From Synechococcus sp. (GTDB lineage: Bacteria > Cyanobacteriota > Cyanobacteriia > Thermostichales > PCC-7336): a stretch of DNA of 64,000 bases. Made by a program: the position numbers and the translations under genes. The stretch is taken from NCBI GenBank assembly GCA_051439425.1, contig JBFRWD010000102.1, positions 1 through 64,000 on the forward strand. The letters run 5' to 3'. Shown one piece after another: positions 44,985-56,075 of the stretch (its first letter is position 1; each line of letters starts with the position of its first letter). Under the pieces are notes generated by a model. The model did no database searches. It worked only from the letters and a program-made list of their open reading frames with translations, and was not told the origin of the DNA.

Positions 44985-46880
44985 CTAGACACCCACGGGC
45001 TCCACTCCTGCCGGGTCTTGAGCAGGCGTGACATGGCTGGACTTAACTCGAGCGAGCAGAGTCTGTAACTCATCTCCCTCAATCACCTCTTGCTCCAGAA
45101 TTTTCTGTGCAATTTCTTCCAGCAGATCGCGATTCTCCTTCAGGATAGACAGGGCCATTTGGTGTCCCCCTTCCACAATCCCTTTCACTTCTTCGTCGAT
45201 CGCCTTCGCGGTATCGTCACTCACCATTCGGCGTGGATTACCCCCATCACCCAAGAAGCTATTGCCCTGGGGACGGTCGTAAGCCAACGGGCCAAGCACT
45301 TTGCTCATGCCGAAGCTAGTGACCATGCGCTCCGCTACATCTGTAGCTCGCTGCAAATCGTTCGAGGCACCTGTCGTCACGCTACCAAAGATGATCTCTT
45401 CGGCAGATCGCCCCCCCAAGAGAGTCGCAATTTGACCGCGCAGCTCGTTTTCGTCATTCAAGAACCGATCTTCAGTCGGCAACTGCAAAGTATAACCCAG
45501 CGCTGCCATTCCGCGAGGGACAATCGAAATCTTAGCCACTTCACTACCACCAGGAACCGCAGCTCCCACCAGCGCATGACCCACTTCGTGATAGGCCACA
45601 ATCGTTTTCTCGCGATCGTTCAACACCCGGCTCTTCTTCTCCAAGCCAGCGACTACTCGTTCGATCGCTTCGCCGAAGTCTGCTTGAGCAACAGTGGTGC
45701 GATTATTGCGGGCGGCCAGCAGAGCAGCTTCATTGACCAAGTTGGCCAAGTCGGCCCCTGCAAATCCTGAGGTGCGTACAGCAATCGACTTCAGGTCAAC
45801 CCCATCCCCCAATTTCACCTTACGGGCATAGATTTTAAGGATTTCCAGACGACCGGAGAGGTCGGGGCGATCGACGAGCACTTGGCGATCGAAGCGACCG
45901 GGCCGCAGCAGGGCTGGGTCAAGAGATTCGGGACGGTTAGTCGCAGCCAAAACGATCACGGTGTTATCCCCGGCCGAGAAGCCATCCATTTCGGTCAGCA
46001 ACTGGTTCAGAGTTTGCTCTCGCTCGTCATTACCGCCGACAAACCCACCACTGGCACGAGACTTACCAATGGCATCCAATTCGTCAATGAACACGATGCA
46101 GGGAGCTTGTTTCTTCGCTTGCTCGAACAAATCACGCACCCGAGCAGCACCAGCCCCCACAAATAATTCGACAAATTCAGAGCCGGAAATACTGAAGAAG
46201 GTTACTCCCGCTTCGCCAGCCACCGCTTTAGCCAACAGCGTCTTACCGGTACCGGGAGGGCCAACCAACAGAACGCCCTTAGGAATGCGGGCACCAATAT
46301 TGGTGTATTTCTGGGAATCTTTCAAAAATTCGACAATCTCTTCCAGCTCGGCTTTCGCTTCTTCCACACCGGCCACGTCCGCAAATGTAGTGCGAGTCGA
46401 TTCGCCTTCAACATAAACTTTGGCTTTGCTCTTGCTGATGGACAGAGCTCCTTGACCTCCTCCCATGCTACGACCCAAGAAAAACTGCCACACTGCCACA
46501 AAAATGAGAGGGGGAATCACCCAGCCCAAAATATTGGAGAACCAGCGATTTTGAGGGGGAGGAGCAGCAGCAAACTCGATGCCTTTTTCTTCCAAACGCT
46601 TGGGCAAGTCCAAGTCAAAGATAGGCGTGGTGGAATAGATTGCTTCGTCTTTATCTCCATCACTGACCTGGAACAGAATTTTCTCCTGCCCCACCTGCAC
46701 CCGTTCCACCTGGCCATCTTCAACCTTGTCGATGAAAAAGCTATAGGGCACTCGGGGAGTCTGCTGACCAAAGAAGAGTGGGCCAACGGCATTCAGAAGC
46801 AGAATCGATCCGGCGATCGCCAACAAAATATTGCCGATGGTGCGGTTGCGCGAGTTGCGTGGTTTATCGTTAATTCCCAT
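44985..46880 (-). CDS. ftsH: ATP-dependent zinc metalloprotease FtsH (FtsH4-like)
   Basis: 2 TMs, [27 protein letters not shown]-terminal pattern. Confidence 0.96.
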   Translation of the reverse strand: MGINDKPRNSRNRTIGNILLAIAGSILLLNAVGPLFFGQQTPRVPYSFFIDKVEDGQVERVQVGQEKILFQVSDGDKDEAIYSTTPIFDLDLPKRLEEKGIEFAAAPPPQNRWFSNILGWVIPPLIFVAVWQFFLGRSMGGGQGALSISKSKAKVYVEGESTRTTFADVAGVEEAKAELEEIVEFLKDSQKYTNIGARIPKGVLLVGPPGTGKTLLAKAVAGEAGVTFFSISGSEFVELFVGAGAARVRDLFEQAKKQAPCIVFIDELDAIGKSRASGGFVGGNDEREQTLNQLLTEMDGFSAGDNTVIVLAATNRPESLDPALLRPGRFDRQVLVDRPDLSGRLEILKIYARKVKLGDGVDLKSIAVRTSGFAGADLANLVNEAALLAARNNRTTVAQADFGEAIERVVAGLEKKSRVLNDREKTIVAYHEVGHALVGAAVPGGSEVAKISIVPRGMAALGYTLQLPTEDRFLNDENELRGQIATLLGGRSAEEIIFGSVTTGASNDLQRATDVAERMVTSFGMSKVLGPLAYDRPQGNSFLGDGGNPRRMVSDDTAKAIDEEVKGIVEGGHQMALSILKENRDLLEEIAQKILEQEVIEGDELQTLLARVKSSHVTPAQDPAGVEPVGV

Positions 46881-46973
46881 TTAGTTCATTCCCATTTCTG
46901 TAGACCTTTATGCGGCAATGGGTCAATCAAGACGGTCGTCCCGTTACCTCTTTAGGTTGGCACAGATTAGTTT

Positions 46974-46991
46974 TTTGTAAAACTTTGTAAC
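46974..46991 (-). promoter_or_regulatory. HLR1 (RpaB) site upstream of ftsH
   Basis: Minus strand GTTACAAA-GT-TTTACAAA, perfect match to the HLR1 consensus. Confidence 0.75.
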
Positions 46992-47097
46992 TTACGGAAT
47001 ACCGATCCTTGCATTCATCAACAAACGCTACCCACAGCGTTATTTTTGCATTAAGGAAACCTTTTTCTCTACATGTTGAGGTACGGTCGGATTAACT

Positions 47098-48669
47098 GTG
47101 GGAAATGGTACAACCATGGCACAACACTCCAAACCGCTTGATTGGCTGAAATTCTTAGCAGCTAGCCCTCTCACTCGCGATTGCACAATCAATCCACACG
47201 ATCCCAATCCTGACCCCAGACGCCGTATTCGACTGTATTCTCTGACGGGTCTGATGTCGGCGATCGGTGGCTTAGCAATCTCTTGCATTGCTCTACCCGC
47301 ACATGCAAACACCGAACGGGTCTACATTGTCGAGGTACTGTCCAACTCTGAAGAGGTTTTGGAGGTCGTACGTACCGAGGTCTCTGACGCCTATATCGTG
47401 ACTAAGGAAGACGGGACGCAGTCGATTATTGCCGGCACCTTTTTAGATGAGGCGAATGCCCGTCGCCAAGCGACCGAATTGCACGCCCTGAATGTTTCCC
47501 CTACCTCCATCAGCCCGTTTGAATACACCCCCGAAGATGAGTCCAATCTGGCTGACGCGTCTAACACCACAGACAATCCTGACGGAGCGTCAGCAGCTAA
47601 TTCGCAACAACCCGATGAGCCTGCCACGACTGAGTTCGCAGCATCTAGCGCTCCAATGCCTAGCGATTCAGCATCTAACTCGGCGCTCGTCAGGCCATCA
47701 ACCGAGACTGCCACCTCCGACCCCAAAGCACCATCTCAGCAAGCACCACAGTCTGTAGCTGCAGCACCTCAAGTCAACCAGCTAGCTACTCCAGGCGGCG
47801 GTAGCAGTAGTACCCCCATCAATTCCGATCGCCAGTACTCCACTCTGGTTCCTGTCCCCAGTGGCACCGAACCTACAGCCACGTTGGTACAAGTCCAGCA
47901 TTTTTTCCCAGAGGCATCGCTACAAACTTACAACCAGGGGCAAGCGGTTCAAACCGGGACGTTTTCTCATCGCTCCCAAGCACAACTGCAAGCAGAGTGG
48001 TTGGCAACAAAAGGTCTGCACGCAATCTCCGTGCCCACAGACCCTCTCAGTTCCAGAAATTCTGCAGCCACCCCCCCTCCTCCTGTCAGTAGCCCTACCA
48101 CTTCATCACCCACCAGCACTACTGCCACCAATCCGGTCAACCAACCCGAAATCGCTGCCAGCACCGGTACCGCCCCCTCTACCTCCTCCCCTCCTACCGC
48201 ACCCCCAGTCACACCGCCAACCGGTGCGCTGACATCCGTAGCCCCTGCGCCTGCTAACCCTCAGGTGTCGGCCCCGCCAACTAACGGAGCTGCAACGAAT
48301 CATCCTGCCCAAATGAATAGTCCATCGGCTGACATTCCCGCAGCCAATACCGCCCTGCAACCCGGGCAACCAGCAGAAACACCATCAACAGACGCAACAC
48401 CGGCAGCTACAGGGACATCAGCGATTGCTGCCGCCCCCCCCGTAGCCTCATCAGCCTATTGGGTTCTGGTTGCCGATCCAATGGGAGAACAGCTCAACGC
48501 CATTCAGGCGATTGTCCCGACTGCAGAAGCAGCAGTGTACAACCAGCAACAGGTGGTAAGAACGGGAGAATTCGCCACTGAGCAAGACGCCTTAGATCAA
48601 GTGCGATACCTATCCACACAGGGATACGAGGCCGGTATCTTCACGGCAGACGATCCTGCCGTGAATTAG
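47098..48669 (+). CDS. Exported protein with three SPOR-like domains and Pro/Thr/Ala-rich linkers
   Basis: AHA signal cleavage; repeats AGTFLDEANA, TGTFSHRSQA, TGEFATEQDA; start uncertain. Confidence 0.65.
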   Translation: MGNGTTMAQHSKPLDWLKFLAASPLTRDCTINPHDPNPDPRRRIRLYSLTGLMSAIGGLAISCIALPAHANTERVYIVEVLSNSEEVLEVVRTEVSDAYIVTKEDGTQSIIAGTFLDEANARRQATELHALNVSPTSISPFEYTPEDESNLADASNTTDNPDGASAANSQQPDEPATTEFAASSAPMPSDSASNSALVRPSTETATSDPKAPSQQAPQSVAAAPQVNQLATPGGGSSSTPINSDRQYSTLVPVPSGTEPTATLVQVQHFFPEASLQTYNQGQAVQTGTFSHRSQAQLQAEWLATKGLHAISVPTDPLSSRNSAATPPPPVSSPTTSSPTSTTATNPVNQPEIAASTGTAPSTSSPPTAPPVTPPTGALTSVAPAPANPQVSAPPTNGAATNHPAQMNSPSADIPAANTALQPGQPAETPSTDATPAATGTSAIAAAPPVASSAYWVLVADPMGEQLNAIQAIVPTAEAAVYNQQQVVRTGEFATEQDALDQVRYLSTQGYEAGIFTADDPAVN

Positions 48670-48834
48670 TAGCCTGTCAGGCTTCCAATGGGGATCATCA
48701 CACTACGAATGCATTGCTGACAGCCTCAGAAAGAGCAACTATGCATCACTCCCACGCTGGCGGAACTCCCACACTAACAGCACACTAATGCCACATGGAA
48801 AATGGGGATGGCTCAGACGCTCTGCCCTACATCA

Positions 48835-51270
48835 TCAAGATGGGTTAAGGGGTGGAGAGTCTCCAAGTGACGCGGGGCTGCCCACTTTCACCCATGGCAA
48901 TACGAAAGTCGGGGCGTCCCCTTTGCAGGGCTTTTCCAAAGCACATTCCAGCACTTCGTCCAATTGCTCGACGGGTCTGAGATCGAGGTTACGTTTCACT
49001 TCATCAGGGATGGACTGCAAGTCTTTTAAGTTCGCTTTTGGGAACAGCACTGTCTTGATTCCCACCTGATTGGCAGCTAGTGACTTTTCCTTCAGTCCAC
49101 CGATGGGAAGCACGCGGCCGCGCAGAGTGATTTCTCCCGTCATAGCCACATTGTGATTGACCGAGCGCCCCGATAGAGCGGAAACCATTGCCGTTGCCAT
49201 AGCAATGCCAGCAGATGGCCCGTCTTTGGGAGTCGCTCCCTCGGGAATATGAATGTGGACGTCCACTTGGTCGGGGAAACCATCGGTGACGTGCAACTCG
49301 TCAGCATGGGCGCGGATGAAACTGAAGGCCGCTTGAGCGGACTCCTTCATGACATCCCCCAATTGACCGGTGAGCTGCAGTTTTCCCTTACCAGGCATGA
49401 CATTCACTTCAATTGGCAACGTGCAGCCTCCATAGGGAGTCCAGGCCAATCCCGTACAGATTCCCACCTGGTTCTTTTGACGATCTTTCACATCCGGTAG
49501 GTACTTGGGAGTACCGAGGTAGGACTCCAGATTTTGCGGAGTAATCCGTCGCTTTTGCTTTTGGGTAGACGATAGAGATTTGCGAGCTACCTTGCGACAC
49601 AGTGCCCCCACAGTCCGCTCTAGATTGCGCACACCTGCTTCTCTCGTGTATTCCCGAATTAGCCGCTGCAAGGCTGCTTTTTGCAACTCAAGGGCATCCG
49701 GCTCCAGGCCGTGCTTGGAGATTTGCTTGGGAATCAGGTGCTGACGAGAAATCGCCACTTTCTCCGCTTCGGTATATCCGCCCAACCGAATTACATCCAT
49801 GCGATCGAGCAACGGAGCAGGAATAGTATCGTCAGTGTTCGCCGTGCAGATAAAGAAGACTTGCGAGAGATCGAAGGGAATTTCGACGAAGTGATCGCTG
49901 AATGTCGCGTTCTGTTCTGGATCGAGCACCTCAAGCAGTGCCGCCGCCGGATCTCCCTGAAATGAAGCGCCCAATTTATCAATCTCGTCCAGCAACATGA
50001 CTGGATTGCGGGTGCCAACATCCCTCAATGCTTGCAATATACGGCCGGGCATGGAACCGATGTAGGTGCGACGGTGACCGCGAATAGCCGATTCGTCATG
50101 TACCCCACCCAAGCTGACCCGCACCAATTTACGTTCGAGACTGTTAGCGATAGAACGGGCCAGACTGGTTTTTCCTACCCCTGGAGGACCGACCAAACAG
50201 AGAATAGCCGGACTTCCGCCGTGGGAGTTTTTCTGACTGGCTAGTAATTGACGAACAGCCAGAAATTCCAAAATTCGTTCTTTGACTTTGTCCTGACCAT
50301 AGTGGTCGCGATCGAGCACTTGTTCGGCGATCGCCAAATCCAACGTCTCGGCTTCCATCACCTGCCAGGGCAAGGATGACAACCACTCCAAGTAATTTTG
50401 AATCGCTCCAGCCTCTGCTGTTGTCGGCGGCAACTGCTCCAATCGTGTCAACTCGCGATTCACTCTCGACCAAGAGGATTCGGGAATGCCAACGTCCTCC
50501 AATTTTCCGCGTAAGGTGTTAACTTCTTCGACATCCTCACCCAGCTCGGCCTGGATCGTTTTCAGCTGTTCGCGCAGGTAATACTCTTTCTGGTTGGCCT
50601 CAATCCGCTCTCTCACACGCGCATGAATATCCTGCTCGATTTCCATCAGGCCCATCTGCACGTGCAGTAACTGGCTCACCTGCATCAGCAGATCGAAGAT
50701 ATGCGTTTCCGACAGCAACTCTTGCTTTTGAGCCAGCTCGATCGGCAAAAACGATGCAATCAGATCGGCAAGATGAATGGGATCGTCGATATCCTGAACC
50801 GATTCGTAAGCAGCATTGGGGAGCTTGGGATGAGCACTGACGTACTTAGCGAATTCATCTCGCAGCATGCGCTGCAAAACATCCAGACTCTCCTTTTGTT
50901 TGGCAGATTTGGCGCTGAGATCGATGTCTATAGGGGTAATGAGGGCTTGAAACCCTGGCTGGCGACGACGAAAGCGGTTGATCTGGATGCGCGTTTGCCC
51001 TTCCACCAAAATCTTGATGGATTCATCTGGTAGGCGCATCACCTGATGGATTTTTGCCAGGGTTCCGATACGAAACAGTTGCTTAGCAACCGGATCGTCA
51101 ATATCGCCGTCTTTTTGGGCTAGCAGGATAATCTGCTGGTCTTCTGTTTCTAATGCTTCTTCCAGAGCTGCTAGCGATCGCTCGCGACCAATCAGCAAAG
51201 GCACAACCAGCCGAGGGAAAACCACTGTGTCACGCAATGGAATTAAGGGGAGCAACACAGGAGTAGTCAC
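48835..51270 (-). CDS. lon: Endopeptidase La (Lon protease, LonA type)
   Basis: PLRDTVVFP, GPPGVGKTS, RGHRRTYIG, PKDGPSAG, IGGLKEK; 811 aa. Confidence 0.97.
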   Translation of the reverse strand: MTTPVLLPLIPLRDTVVFPRLVVPLLIGRERSLAALEEALETEDQQIILLAQKDGDIDDPVAKQLFRIGTLAKIHQVMRLPDESIKILVEGQTRIQINRFRRRQPGFQALITPIDIDLSAKSAKQKESLDVLQRMLRDEFAKYVSAHPKLPNAAYESVQDIDDPIHLADLIASFLPIELAQKQELLSETHIFDLLMQVSQLLHVQMGLMEIEQDIHARVRERIEANQKEYYLREQLKTIQAELGEDVEEVNTLRGKLEDVGIPESSWSRVNRELTRLEQLPPTTAEAGAIQNYLEWLSSLPWQVMEAETLDLAIAEQVLDRDHYGQDKVKERILEFLAVRQLLASQKNSHGGSPAILCLVGPPGVGKTSLARSIANSLERKLVRVSLGGVHDESAIRGHRRTYIGSMPGRILQALRDVGTRNPVMLLDEIDKLGASFQGDPAAALLEVLDPEQNATFSDHFVEIPFDLSQVFFICTANTDDTIPAPLLDRMDVIRLGGYTEAEKVAISRQHLIPKQISKHGLEPDALELQKAALQRLIREYTREAGVRNLERTVGALCRKVARKSLSSTQKQKRRITPQNLESYLGTPKYLPDVKDRQKNQVGICTGLAWTPYGGCTLPIEVNVMPGKGKLQLTGQLGDVMKESAQAAFSFIRAHADELHVTDGFPDQVDVHIHIPEGATPKDGPSAGIAMATAMVSALSGRSVNHNVAMTGEITLRGRVLPIGGLKEKSLAANQVGIKTVLFPKANLKDLQSIPDEVKRNLDLRPVEQLDEVLECALEKPCKGDAPTFVLPWVKVGSPASLGDSPPLNPS

Positions 51271-51440
51271 GATCAGACTCTGAATTCTTAATAATATTTT
51301 AGCTTTTTAGCCGTCGTAAAATTAATTTTTTATGCTGACATAGAAGGCGTTTTGTAAACATTCCCAGACATTCTTGAAGCGTTGAATGGTGTCGCTAAAC
51401 GGGACCACGCTAGTGCAATCCAATCGGTGGTACTCCGCAG

Positions 51441-52442
51441 CTACGTCAACTCCGCAAAAGCCGCAGCAGTCTCCACCCTCTTATCCACTTCAGCCAGAGC
51501 CCTCAGCACAATTTCAATGCCTCCGCCCAACTTCAGCCCTTCGGTAATCTCCCGCTTCCAGGCACGCGTCCCTGGCTGTCCTGCAAACAACTGCAACATG
51601 TGACGCGTTATCGAATTGAGCTTTGTCCCCTTGCTCAGCCACTCCTCGATGTAGGGCAACATTCCCTGCACAACATCTCTACGGCTGGGGATAGATGTTG
51701 ATTCCTCATACAAATCGCGATCCACGGTCGCAAATAGATAAGGTGTATCGTAGGCAGCCCGGCCAATCATGACTGCATCCACTGACTGCAGGTGATACTC
51801 CACCTCTGCTAATGTCTTGACTCCCCCATTGACCTCGATAAGCAAATGAGGGAATTCTTGCTTAAGACGATAAACATCCTCATATCGCAGTGGCGGAACT
51901 GTGCGGTTTTCCTTCGGACTTAAACCCTGTAACCAAGCTTTTCTCGCATGAACCGTAAATCTGGTGCACCCTGCATCCGCAACAACTCGCACAAACTCTC
52001 GCATATCTTCGTAGCGGTCGCGGTCGTCTATCCCAATCCGATGTTTGACGGTGACAGGAATAGAAACCGCAGTTCGCATTGCCTCTACACAACGCGCCAC
52101 CAGATCGGGTGCCCCCATCAAACAGGCCCCGAAATTCCCGCTCTGCACCCGATCGCTCGGACAACCAACATTCAAGTTAACTTCGTCATATCCCCAATCT
52201 GAAGCAATACGGGCGCATTCGGCCAACTCCGTAGGGTTATCTCCACCCAACTGCAAAGAAATAGGATGCTCGATCGGAGAAAAATCTAGTAAACGACTGC
52301 GATCGCCTTTCAAAATCGCCTTGGTTACTACCATTTCGGTGTACAGTAACGGCCGCCTAGCCAATTGCCGCATGAAATAGCGGTAGTGGCGATCGGTACG
52401 ATCCATCATAGGAGCTAGGCTTAGGATATTTCCTGAAAGCAT
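51441..52442 (-). CDS. dusA: tRNA dihydrouridine(20/20a) synthase
   Basis: APMMDRTDRH, NLNVGCPS, HARKAWLQGLSPKENR. Confidence 0.95.
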   Translation of the reverse strand: MLSGNILSLAPMMDRTDRHYRYFMRQLARRPLLYTEMVVTKAILKGDRSRLLDFSPIEHPISLQLGGDNPTELAECARIASDWGYDEVNLNVGCPSDRVQSGNFGACLMGAPDLVARCVEAMRTAVSIPVTVKHRIGIDDRDRYEDMREFVRVVADAGCTRFTVHARKAWLQGLSPKENRTVPPLRYEDVYRLKQEFPHLLIEVNGGVKTLAEVEYHLQSVDAVMIGRAAYDTPYLFATVDRDLYEESTSIPSRRDVVQGMLPYIEEWLSKGTKLNSITRHMLQLFAGQPGTRAWKREITEGLKLGGGIEIVLRALAEVDKRVETAAAFAELT

Positions 52443-52744
52443 GAATAGCTTGGTAAAGTTGAAGTCAATCTAAATCAAAAGGCACATAAAACAGGCCATT
52501 TTACATGATATCTTATATACCCAGAAAAGCAGTACAGTAAATCGTTTTACATTAAAAGAATGATGAACTCTCAATTCTTATAAAATTATGCCGGAAAATA
52601 ATGGGATAGAAGTTGCGCAAATCATAAGTGAGAAATGTTAGCATAAGCAATTATAGGAATAGAATTTTTAATGGGTTTACATAGATACTTTTTATCAATG
52701 GTATCTGAGCTTCTGGTTGTATTTCAAAAGAGATAAGGGTCTGT

Positions 52745-52878
52745 CAGGGCTGTTTCATTCTAGTTATTGACATTCTATGCATTTACGAGAATAAGCTGTT
52801 TCAGCTATCCAGCAAGCTATTTGAAGATGCGCCATGGCTCCAAGACTCGTTGCTCAAATCTAGAATGAAATGCCCCTG
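52745..52878. mobile_element. 134-bp MITE with ISAs1-like ends
   Basis: TIRs CAGGGCTGTTTCATTCTAG / CTAGAATGAAATGCCCCTG (16/19); flanks AAGGGTCTGT / AAGGGTTTTT (8/10). Confidence 0.7.
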
Positions 52879-53434
52879 AAGGGTTTTTCATGATAGGTAT
52901 TGTGTAAATAATTAGATCATTAGTCATTATAGGAAACAAATGTTCAGAAACAATATATAGCCCATAATGGTCATCATATGTTAGTTTAAAAAGGCATGAA
53001 TGTGCCATCCTTAAATAAGGAACAGTAGATATAACTGAAGACTAGAAGTGGAAAGAATCTAGTGCCAAAGGAATCATTGAAGAGCATTAAGAGAAAGAAT
53101 GTTCTAATCAAAACAAATTATCGTCATTTATATTTTAGCTAAATAGCTTAAGCGTAACTGGACGAGCAATATTCAATCTCCAGTTTAGAAGTTTCAGGTA
53201 TCTAGAAATAATGCCCTCAACTAAAAAGTGGGTTGATGAAAGAATCAAACATATCATTGGGCTCAACATTAGAATGGGTTTGCTGAAAACAATAAAAAGG
53301 GTAGTAATTATTATTACAGAGCTTATGGACATAATATAGCACTAGCAATCAAAGCTTACTTCAGAGAAGGCAAATCGAGGCACCATTTGTATGAATGAGT
53401 TTTCGTAGATCAACACTCTCAATAATCAGCAATA

Positions 53435-54605
53435 GGGTGCATCCCAGTTTTGAAAAGAGCATAGAGGTTGCAGGCGAGTAGAGAGGTTAAGGTGCAAGAG
53501 CAAGTCCTCGCCGAGCCATCATGGATGCAGAGAAACTAGCGAAAGTGCAAGCACACACAACAGCAATAGCAGCCTTGCTGTACGAAGAAACAGACCCCGA
53601 ACAAGTGAAGACGCTGGAAGGAATAGAACAGGCCATCCGAGGTCATTTATTGGAAACCGTTGGCCCTCAGATGGCAGATTTTTTATCCAAACGAGCAGTG
53701 GTGCAAGCTCGGGACGCCAACGGCGAATTCAAAGCATCATCGGAGCCATAAAAATCAGCGAAAGGCAGGCTGAACAGTTGCGAGTAAAGAAGCACACCCG
53801 ATGGAGTCCCTACGTGGAGAGATGCTGTCTGCTGGTAAGTGCGAATGTGTCTGACGAGCGGGCTTCGGAGGATATCCAGATGTTGACCGGTATTGCTGTC
53901 TCCAGGGGAACTCAACAGCGACTGGTGCACCGTCAGAGTTTTGAGGAGCCGGTAGGGACAGCCATCGTAGAAGAGATGAGTCTGGATGGAGGTAAGGTGC
54001 GTCTACGAACGCCGAAAGGTCAAGCGTGCCAATGGCGTGACTACAAAGCCGTCAATCTCCATGAACAGAGAATTGCAGCTCGATTTCAAGACAATGGTGG
54101 ATTAATCCATTGGGTCAATCAACACCGATTGGGGCAGCCGTTGGTTTGCTTGGGAGATGGCCATGATGGCATCTGGAATCTGTTTGCCAACATCGGTAGT
54201 GATGAACAGCGCTGTGAAGTGTTGGATTGGTACCACTTGATGGAAAACCTGGGTAGGGTCGGTGGCTCGCCACAACGACTCCACCGGGTGGAGACTCTGC
54301 TGTGGCAAGGGAATGTTGATGGGGTGATTGACCAATTTCGAGATTGGCAACACCAGCGGGTAGAACGCTTCATTGCCTATCTGAACAAGCATCGCCACCG
54401 CATCGTCAACTACAGCTATTTCCAGGCGGAGGGGATTTCCATTGGCTCAGGCTCGATTGAGTCCGCCATCAAGCAGATTGGCCGGCGCATTAAGATTTCG
54501 GGCGCTCAGTGGAAGGCAGACAATGTCCCCCAAGTTCTCAAACATCGTTGTTTCTATCTCAATGGATGCTTCTCTGCCTGATAACTGCAAAACTGGGATG
54601 CACCC
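53435..54605 (+). mobile_element. ISKra4-type insertion sequence, 1171 bp
   Basis: Perfect 18-bp TIR GGGTGCATCCCAGTTTTG; perfect 8-bp TSD CAGCAATA; GC-richer than its flanks. Confidence 0.92.
53521..54581 (+). CDS. Transposase, split into two frames joined by a probable -1 frameshift at T6 (53679-53684)
   Basis: ORF1 53521-53751; -1 frame open from FFIQTSS through SLDGG, GDGHDGIW, LDWYHL, IGSGSIES. Confidence 0.88.
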
Positions 54606-55112
54606 CAGCAATATTAGCTATCGCTGGAGGTGAAGGATCTAATATCGAATCTTAATGAAAGCAAATAGATAAAATAGTAGTTCCAAACATCTTGCCTGTA
54701 GCCTAAGAACTATAAGAATATCTCAGTGTAAGAGTCGCGGAGCTTGTTGATATGCCACTAAATCCAATTAGCGTGAATATGTCTTGAACAGAGGTTCATC
54801 TATATTGTGAGATTTCCACTCTAACAATATGCAATGCAAAGCCAGAAATATAAATATGACAGAGATAAGAATTGAGGAATATATCATTCTCATAGGAAAG
54901 GGGAAGGAAGAACTAAATTCGGTCGCCACCCTAGTTCACAGGTACTATGGCAATGCAAACTACAACTAGGGAAATCAAATAAACCGTTTTTAACAAATCG
55001 AAAGGATTTATCATGAGCACCATTCTTCGGGATCAACAGCTGAACTAAATCCTAGAGGAAGGCTTGCATCTAATAGAAAGAACAAATGGAATGAAACTCA
55101 TAGGTAAGCATT

Positions 55113-56075
55113 GTGATAGGCTATTTAATGAAAAACGCACGATTTGATATAAAAATGAATGCCAAACACAATAAACTAATTAACACAGCAGGGGGACCTC
55201 TTCCAAATTTGCTAATCATTGGAGTTCAAAAAGCAGGCACAAGTTGGCTACACAGAAGACTAGCATCTCAAAGCAAAATCTTTATGTCCCGCAAAAAAGA
55301 ACTTCGTTATTTCACAGGGACTGAAGACGACTTTTCTCAATCTAGATTTGATGAATACTTAGCTAATTTTAGTGATTCAATTCCAAATGATATAGTGATC
55401 GGAGAGTCCACTCCAAGATATTTTCCAAATTGGAATTCAGAAAACGGACACACTGCAAAGCATAACATTCCACAACATATTCAAACAATATTAGGAGAGA
55501 ATGTCAAGTTAATATTAATATTAAGACATCCGGTATCAAGAGCAATTTCGGGTCTTTTTCATCACTTTAAGATGGGAAGAATTACAAATGGTGAGGGTAT
55601 ATTTTCTGAAAACTCAGAATCATTCAAGTCACTTCAAAAAGGAATAGTTGATATAGGCTACTATCATAAGCACTTTGAAGCATGGGATAAAGTTTTTGGG
55701 GAAGATAAAATGCTCGTGTTATTTCATGATGATATTTCCAGTAACAGCAGCAAGATGTTACAGGATATATCCAGATTTTTAGACTTACCTATTGAGGTCG
55801 ATGATAACTTTTGGAATGTTATTCATAAATCAGGTGATTTCCGAATAGTCAATGGAGCTCTAACGTTTAAGAATCAATCAGAATGGACTAAGAAAAGAAT
55901 TACAAGTGCAAAGTTGAAAAGCGGATTGAAGGATATTATCCTACCTCAAGTATCAGAAACTGACGTAGATAGGTTAAATGATTTATATTTTGAAACAGTA
56001 CAGTATGTTTTACAAAGATATCCAGATCGATGTAGATGGAATCAGAAGTATAAATTAACCGACTATCTATTATAA
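55113..56075 (+). CDS. Sulfotransferase family protein
   Basis: 5'-PSB IGVQKAGTS, KELRYF, GESTPRY, 3'-PB LRHPVSRAIS; start uncertain. Confidence 0.88.
   Translation: MIGYLMKNARFDIKMNAKHNKLINTAGGPLPNLLIIGVQKAGTSWLHRRLASQSKIFMSRKKELRYFTGTEDDFSQSRFDEYLANFSDSIPNDIVIGESTPRYFPNWNSENGHTAKHNIPQHIQTILGENVKLILILRHPVSRAISGLFHHFKMGRITNGEGIFSENSESFKSLQKGIVDIGYYHKHFEAWDKVFGEDKMLVLFHDDISSNSSKMLQDISRFLDLPIEVDDNFWNVIHKSGDFRIVNGALTFKNQSEWTKKRITSAKLKSGLKDIILPQVSETDVDRLNDLYFETVQYVLQRYPDRCRWNQKYKLTDYLL

Noticed and set aside
52817..53332. Two short minus-strand ORFs at the island edge
   Set aside because: AT-rich with no motifs; one runs into the MITE
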